The notes under the pieces: model-generated
Told to the model about the DNA's origin: nothing
Databases searched by the model: none
What the model saw: the letters and a program-made list of their open reading frames with translations, nothing else
Source of the DNA: a bacterium
Lineage (GTDB): Bacteria > Patescibacteriota > Saccharimonadia > Saccharimonadales > UBA4665
Length of the DNA stretch: 39,778 nt
NCBI GenBank assembly: GCA_010027485.1
Contig: RGVC01000001.1
Location: 1-39,778, forward strand
Reading direction: 5' to 3'
In this document: positions 34,296-39,778 of the stretch, piece after piece
Numbering within the stretch: the first letter of the stretch is position 1
How the letters are laid out: each line of letters opens with the position of its first letter
Made by a program: the position numbers and the translations under genes

Positions 34296-35668
34296 AAAAA
34301 TGAATATACAGCTGCAACTGCAGCTACGGCCATGAGCCCAGTAGTAACCCAGCCTACTATAGTTGTAAAAGGCTTATTTACCCAGCGACCCATAATCTTT
34401 TTATTGCTACTAATTATTACTATGAGAGCCAAAATAATTGGCGCAACTAGACCGTTAATGAACGCAGAATATATCAAGGCCTTGAATGGATCAATGCCTA
34501 AGAAATTAAGACCCATTCCAATTATTAAAGAAATAATTATTATTCCGTAAAATGCATAGGCTTGTTTTAGATTATGGCTCATGCCTTGGCGCCAACGCAT
34601 GCTTTCACTGAGAGCGTAACTAGAAGAAGTAGCTAATACCGGTATAGCCAATAGACCGGTGCCAATGATGCCGGCCGCAAATAAATAATAAGTTGAATTG
34701 CCGGCAAAAGGCCTTAGAGCTTCGGCTGCTTGGGCAGCCGATTGAATATCTCTAATACCGTTGGCGTAAAGTATTCCGCCACATGTTGCAATAATGAAAA
34801 ACATCACTATTTGACTTAAAAACATGCCTGTCCAGACGTCTATTCGCATTTTTTTAATATCACCAGTAGCAGTTGCAGTTCTCCGCTGAACTACGGTGTT
34901 TTTGCCGTCTAAAATTTGAGTTTCTACTTCTTGAGAGGTTTGCCAAAAAAACAAATACGGTGAAATTGTGGTACCAAGTGCAGCACAAATAAGAATTAGA
35001 GAGTCTTTAGTAAATCCAAAATGAGGTACAAAACCCTTGTGTAACACTTCTTGCCAATTTAAGTGAGCAAAAATTGCCGAAAAAATGTAAGCAACTAATA
35101 CTAGCGCAAGCCATTTTAAGTATTTGGCGTACCGCGCATATGGCGTAAAAATTTGTAGCAATAAACTAAATACAGTAAATCCTAAAACCATCATTCCGAA
35201 ATTCAAGCTCGGTCGTATGAGCTGAGCAGCTTTTGCCATAGCACCTAAATCGGCTCCGATGTTTATAACATTGGCCACAAAAAGCGCCATTGCGCATATA
35301 TAGATTACTCTTTTACTAAAATGACTCCTGATATTTGCAGCTAATCCCCTGCCCGTCACCAATCCAATACGAGCACACATTTCTTGGACGACTACGGCTA
35401 GCGGAAAAAGCCAGGCTGCTAGCCAAAGATAATGAAAACCATACTTAGCTCCTATTTGAGAATAGGTAGCAATACCAGAAGGATCATCGTCAGACGCACC
35501 GGTTGTAAGTCCGGGCCCAAGCATCCGCCAGTAATCCCCGCTTTTTTTCATCAATGCAGAGTTTGGAATTGAAGCTGTAATCCTCTGAGTGGTTTCTATG
35601 CTTCTATCTAGCATTTCCGCTGGAGCTTCAGCGCTTCTTTTGAGATAATCTGGTTGTTTTTTAGTCAT
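34292..35668 (-). CDS. mntH: NRAMP-family divalent metal cation transporter
   Basis: GPGLTTGASDDDPSGIATYSQ N-terminal signature and a polytopic membrane protein of typical length. Confidence 0.8.
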   Translation of the reverse strand: MTKKQPDYLKRSAEAPAEMLDRSIETTQRITASIPNSALMKKSGDYWRMLGPGLTTGASDDDPSGIATYSQIGAKYGFHYLWLAAWLFPLAVVVQEMCARIGLVTGRGLAANIRSHFSKRVIYICAMALFVANVINIGADLGAMAKAAQLIRPSLNFGMMVLGFTVFSLLLQIFTPYARYAKYLKWLALVLVAYIFSAIFAHLNWQEVLHKGFVPHFGFTKDSLILICAALGTTISPYLFFWQTSQEVETQILDGKNTVVQRRTATATGDIKKMRIDVWTGMFLSQIVMFFIIATCGGILYANGIRDIQSAAQAAEALRPFAGNSTYYLFAAGIIGTGLLAIPVLATSSSYALSESMRWRQGMSHNLKQAYAFYGIIIISLIIGMGLNFLGIDPFKALIYSAFINGLVAPIILALIVIISSNKKIMGRWVNKPFTTIVGWVTTGLMAVAAVAAVYSFF

Positions 35669-35709
35669 TTTTTATTACTTTTCAACTAGTAGAGTTTATT
35701 ATATCAAAA

Positions 35710-36825
35710 TTAATCGTCAGCACACCTATTATTAATGACTGGTTGATTAATATTTTTTATCTTGGCGATTGCAATTATCGGGCTGATAGATTTGGACATC
35801 AACCCATAGCCGTTGGTGCTATTTGTTGATTCTGCAAAAGCCATGCCAACTACCCTATTATCCGAGTTGATTATTGGCCCACCTGAGTCGCCTGATTCTA
35901 GGTTTGTACTAATATCGTAAATTTCTCGTTTGACTATTTTGTCGTTAAAAATATTATTACTTTTTGCTAGAAAATGATTATTTATTTCACCATCTTTGAT
36001 TTTTAATGGTCCACCACCACTATATCCTAGCGATTTTATAGCACTACCATTGGTTTGTACCAGATTATCGAGCGGCAATTCCTTACCGGGTAATACGCTA
36101 GTTTTTAACAAAGCAAAATCTAAATTGGTATCTATGTAGACAACTTCACTAGAGTAAATTTTTGACTTAGTTTTTATGTGAGGGTTTTTAATACCCGCTA
36201 CAACATGAGCGTTGGTAGCAACAAGCGTGTCACTTACCTTAAAACCACTCCCAACTTTTAATTGCCCACAACCCTGAGAGATTATTTTGTAAATTGAGTC
36301 ATCAACACCTAAACTTTCCAGATTTTGTATGTTGGGCATATTTTCCTTGGATAATTTATAAGCCACATCGTCAATTACAATCGGTGCTGGAGTTGCAATG
36401 GAATTTAGCTTAGTAATAAATAAAGATTTATCGACTTGTTTTTGCAGGCCTGCATAAGGCAGGTTAAGCGACAATGCGCTTAATAACCAAACGCAAAAGA
36501 AAAGTACTAACAGTGAAAAAACAGATCCTAGGTACTTATCTAAGTTTAAATATTTCTTTGCAACAATCTTATGCTTTAAACGTACGCCAAAATATTCTCC
36601 AACAGTCAGAAAAATTATCCCTAAGACAAAAGCCATGATGATAACCAAGACTGATTTAGTAGAGCTACTCGCAGTATCGGTAATTACTTTTGTTTCAACA
36701 TAGGCGCCAATAGTAAGGCCAAAAAAGAACCCAACTGCAGAGCTAAAATTACGGATAAAACCTATATCTCTGCCGTAAAAAAAAGAACCGACTGCAACCA
36801 AAATGATTGCTGTATCGATGAGCAT
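35710..36825 (-). CDS. CvpA-family membrane domain fused to a trypsin-like (S1) serine protease (MarP-like architecture)
   Basis: The N-terminal roughly 130 aa hold about 4 TM segments (CvpA-like). The protease half has TNAHVV (His), a DFALLK-type Asp region and GDSGGP (Ser). Confidence 0.8.
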   Translation of the reverse strand: MLIDTAIILVAVGSFFYGRDIGFIRNFSSAVGFFFGLTIGAYVETKVITDTASSSTKSVLVIIMAFVLGIIFLTVGEYFGVRLKHKIVAKKYLNLDKYLGSVFSLLVLFFCVWLLSALSLNLPYAGLQKQVDKSLFITKLNSIATPAPIVIDDVAYKLSKENMPNIQNLESLGVDDSIYKIISQGCGQLKVGSGFKVSDTLVATNAHVVAGIKNPHIKTKSKIYSSEVVYIDTNLDFALLKTSVLPGKELPLDNLVQTNGSAIKSLGYSGGGPLKIKDGEINNHFLAKSNNIFNDKIVKREIYDISTNLESGDSGGPIINSDNRVVGMAFAESTNSTNGYGLMSKSISPIIAIAKIKNINQPVINNRCADD

Positions 36826-36831
36826 TGGTTT

Positions 36832-37725
36832 CTAAAAGCTGCCTCTTAAGCCACCTACAACAAGCATTGCTATGCCGAACAAAATACAATAAATACCAAA
36901 GGGCCTGAGTGTTTGAGACTGGAAGTATTTATCGAGAAATTTTACGGAGATGTAGGCACTAATACCAGCTGCAAATGCGCCAGCTAATATTTGTCCATGC
37001 ACGCCGGCGGCAACTTGGTCGCTAAAAAATTCAGGTAATTTCAATATGCCAGCTCCAAGTATAACCGGCGTTGCTAATAAGAAAGAAAAACGGGCTGCAT
37101 CTTCGTGGTTTAGCCCACTTAGTAAGCCGCTCATCATAGTAATGCCAGAACGACTAATACCAGCAAACAAAGCACCTATTTGTGCTACTCCGATAATGGC
37201 TGCTCTTGGTAAATTCAGTTTAGTACTTACTCGAGAGGTTGTTTGACTAAAACTGTACCCATCACTCTTGATGTGGTTCTTTCTGATGTACTGTTCAGTT
37301 GCTAATAGTAAACAGCCATTAATAATCAGAAATATAATTGCTGAGAGTGGTTTTGCGAATTGTTTTCTGAGTGTATGTTCAAATGCTATGCCAATAATTC
37401 CAATAGGAATAGTTGCAAAGATCAAAAGCCAGGCTAGGCGTGCGTCTGGATTGTCTATTTTGCGTTTAGCTAAAGACCCAAAAAAACCTTTGATGATTCT
37501 TTTCCATATCTTCCAGTAAAAAATAATTAACGCAAACGAAGTAGCAAAATGAAGCGCTACTAAAAAGTACAAGAAAAAAGAATGATCTTGGGCTTGCGAT
37601 GAAGTAATGTTGTTCCAGCCGAATAACCAAGTAAGTACCACAGAGTGTCCAAGGCTCGAAATTGGAAATAGTTCAGTAAATCCCTGTAATATCCCAATTA
37701 GTATGGCCTGAAAAAAAGTAATCAT
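36832..37725 (-). CDS. uppP: Undecaprenyl-diphosphate phosphatase
   Basis: GFTELFPISSLGH N-terminal motif and GISRSG motif in a polytopic protein. Confidence 0.92.
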   Translation of the reverse strand: MITFFQAILIGILQGFTELFPISSLGHSVVLTWLFGWNNITSSQAQDHSFFLYFLVALHFATSFALIIFYWKIWKRIIKGFFGSLAKRKIDNPDARLAWLLIFATIPIGIIGIAFEHTLRKQFAKPLSAIIFLIINGCLLLATEQYIRKNHIKSDGYSFSQTTSRVSTKLNLPRAAIIGVAQIGALFAGISRSGITMMSGLLSGLNHEDAARFSFLLATPVILGAGILKLPEFFSDQVAAGVHGQILAGAFAAGISAYISVKFLDKYFQSQTLRPFGIYCILFGIAMLVVGGLRGSF

Positions 37726-39143
37726 TAGCTTATTTTATCACCTTCTATGATATTTTCAGCTCCCATGCCTTTTTTATAGATAACCAAGCCTTGATTATTT
37801 TTTTGCCACTGCTTGAGTACGGGATCCAGAATTTTCCAGGTTTCCAGTACTTCTTCGTCGCTAGCAAATAATGACTGGTCATTTCTAAGTGCGTCAACTA
37901 GGACTCTTTCGTAGGCATCAACATTCATCTGCTCACCAAAACTATTTTTATATTCGAAGTATAGTTCTGCGTGTTTCATGAGAGTTTCAAAACCGGGCTC
38001 TTTAATAGCAAGGTCAAGATGGATGCCTTCACTAGGCTGCAATTTGAAGATTAATTTATTGCGAATTTCTTCGTGTGGAGTTTTGAATTCAATAACTATT
38101 TCAGTATTTTTTTGGCTTAAGCCCTTGCCTGTTTCAAGTACAATTTTAGTATTTTTCCACTTTGTAGATTTGTGTTTGAGCTCAATTTTGGCGTAAGTTT
38201 CTATAAAACTACCGGGGTTATTAATTTCATTTTTATAGCTATTATATTGTCCTCTCACAGCTTTAATGGGATCTGCAGGTTCAATGTTTTTAAGAAATTC
38301 CTGTTTATTTTTATGAATGTGTTGGCTGTCTAAGATTGCTGGATTATCCATTAGGGTGATGCATAGAAGTTGTAGTAAATGACTTTGAACTAGATCTCTA
38401 AGTGCACCAGTTTTTTCGTAAAAATCTGCTCGGCCCTCAATGCCTATTTCTTCGAAGGCACGAATAGTAACTTGATGAATGTGTTTATCATCCCAGAGCG
38501 ACTGAAAAATTGGATTATGCATTCGAAATGCCAAAAGATTTTGAGCAGTTTCTTTTGCTAAATAATGGTCTATTCGATAAATTTGATCTTCCTTGAAGCC
38601 TTTGTCTACCGTTTTAATCAATTCGGTAGCCGAATCTATATCATGACCAAAAGGTTTTTCAAGTAGTAGTTTAGTACGGGAATCATTGATGTGGTGTGCT
38701 CCAAGCTTTTCAACAATTACAGAATAAGCGTCGGATGGGGTCGACATGTAGATTAAACGATGTCGTTTTGTCTGGCCGTCTAAATTATCTAAAAATGCTT
38801 TTAGCTTTTCGAAATCTTCTGGATTGTCGGGGTTAAGCTGGAATGATTGAAGTGCTGTTTTAACTTTTTTCAAACCATCAGGGTCACATACCTTATCTTT
38901 TTCTAGTACACAAAGCTCCACTTCTTTGAGCAAATCCTCGCTTGTTAAACTTTTTCGACTGACTCCAATAATTACTGTATTGGCGGGAAGTACACCATGC
39001 CTCATTAAGTGATACAAGGCTGGCAATAATTTACGCCTACTCAAATCACCAGTTATTCCAAAAACTACTATTACCGGAGGGTCCTGAATTTTAAAAGGAA
39101 AAATAGCTGATTTATTCATGTTTTTCTTCACCCACCTGGTCAC
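37725..39143 (-). CDS. zwf: Glucose-6-phosphate 1-dehydrogenase
   Basis: GITGDLSRRKL NADP loop, EKPFGHD, and the RIDHYLAKE active-site motif. An alternative start at MNKSAIFP (ATG at 39119) would shorten the overlap with pgl. Confidence 0.93.
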   Translation of the reverse strand: MTRWVKKNMNKSAIFPFKIQDPPVIVVFGITGDLSRRKLLPALYHLMRHGVLPANTVIIGVSRKSLTSEDLLKEVELCVLEKDKVCDPDGLKKVKTALQSFQLNPDNPEDFEKLKAFLDNLDGQTKRHRLIYMSTPSDAYSVIVEKLGAHHINDSRTKLLLEKPFGHDIDSATELIKTVDKGFKEDQIYRIDHYLAKETAQNLLAFRMHNPIFQSLWDDKHIHQVTIRAFEEIGIEGRADFYEKTGALRDLVQSHLLQLLCITLMDNPAILDSQHIHKNKQEFLKNIEPADPIKAVRGQYNSYKNEINNPGSFIETYAKIELKHKSTKWKNTKIVLETGKGLSQKNTEIVIEFKTPHEEIRNKLIFKLQPSEGIHLDLAIKEPGFETLMKHAELYFEYKNSFGEQMNVDAYERVLVDALRNDQSLFASDEEVLETWKILDPVLKQWQKNNQGLVIYKKGMGAENIIEGDKIS

Positions 39144-39778
39144 TATATAAATAAGCTTCTTTTAAGTCACGCAGTATAATAGCAGGCTTTTCGATGGCAC
39201 TATAACTACCCTCTGTCACCTCTTTGAGTGCTGTTATTTTGTTAAGTCCAAAGGCAAATGCATAAACAATGTCGAGTTCTTGAAGAAGCGTAAATGTAGT
39301 TGTAATACGATTGTAAGTTTCTGATTTATAGGCTGTTACATATCTTTCATTTTCAATTGCCGCATTAGAATTAGGTAAAATTCCAGCTATATGACAATCT
39401 TCCCCAATGCCTAGTAAACCAATAGTTAAATCGGCTCTACTTAAGTTATTTTCTATTATTTTTTCGTATTCTTTTGCCGTGTGTTCTAAATCGAGCCCAG
39501 ATTTTAGTACAGGAATTAGGTTGGCGCGTTTTGGGTTGAAACCGGCTATTAATAGTTGTTGAAAATTAGAATCTTGATGACCAGGTTCGCCGTAGCGTTC
39601 ATCAATCAGAGAAATAGTGAGTTGATCTGAGTGTTTTTCTGGAACTTCATTCATGATCTTAACTGCAGAATTTATGTTTGAGCCCCCACTAATAAGCCAA
39701 AGTATTTTCTTGCCTTCCACTAGAGAACTATTTAGCCTTGCCGATAAGTCACTGACGCCATCGCTGGGGTCAGTGCTT
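39112..39778 (-). CDS. pgl: 6-phosphogluconolactonase (SugarP_isomerase family), N-terminus runs off the window
   Basis: LISGGS motif and GIGEDCHIAGI-type block, located upstream of zwf. The frame stays open from the GTG at 39720 to the window end (..STDPSDGVSDLSARLNSSLVEGKK..), so the true start is probably beyond 39778. Confidence 0.8.
   Translation of the reverse strand, partial: STDPSDGVSDLSARLNSSLVEGKKILWLISGGSNINSAVKIMNEVPEKHSDQLTISLIDERYGEPGHQDSNFQQLLIAGFNPKRANLIPVLKSGLDLEHTAKEYEKIIENNLSRADLTIGLLGIGEDCHIAGILPNSNAAIENERYVTAYKSETYNRITTTFTLLQELDIVYAFAFGLNKITALKEVTEGSYSAIEKPAIILRDLKEAYLYSDQVGEEKHE

Overview
This window looks like a compact, gene-dense, AT-rich chromosome segment from a small-genome Gram-positive-type bacterium. 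Gene content suggests Patescibacteria/CPR, possibly Saccharibacteria, but that is inference only and no searches were run. It is mostly housekeeping. On the + strand there is a minimal division/cell-wall cluster (ftsI-mraY-ftsW-murG-ftsQ-like). A long minus-strand run follows: topA, dprA, pth, der, a pseudouridine synthase, a two-component pair, an envelope-modification pair, a DUF3048 protein and gltX. After that come surface-protein genes (PEGA protein, sortase), a HAD/xth/pyrH block, a Clp/Hsp100-like ATPase, a MacB-type ABC pair, NRAMP, a CvpA-protease fusion, uppP, zwf and pgl. Three tRNA genes are present (Glu-CUC, Leu-CAA, Ser-GGA), and all encode their 3' CCA. I found no CRISPR array, transposase, integrase or recognisable defence genes. 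The best candidates for something undescribed are listed here. (1) A roughly 400-nt, highly structured, promoter-to-terminator non-coding unit lies between dprA and a small ORF. (2) A 546-bp non-coding AT-rich island after ftsQ is flanked by direct repeats and carries iteron-like CGTGAAA repeats. (3) A receiver-domain protein carries a roughly 288-aa Pro/Ala/Thr/Glu repeat tail. (4) A split duplicate of the tRNA-Glu 3' end sits next to the intact gene. (5) A sigma-region-4/HARE-HTH-like protein is paired with an unknown acidic protein. (6) A membrane-anchored double-AAA+ Clp-like protein is translationally coupled to a small membrane protein. All functional calls rest on motifs read by eye in the supplied translations.
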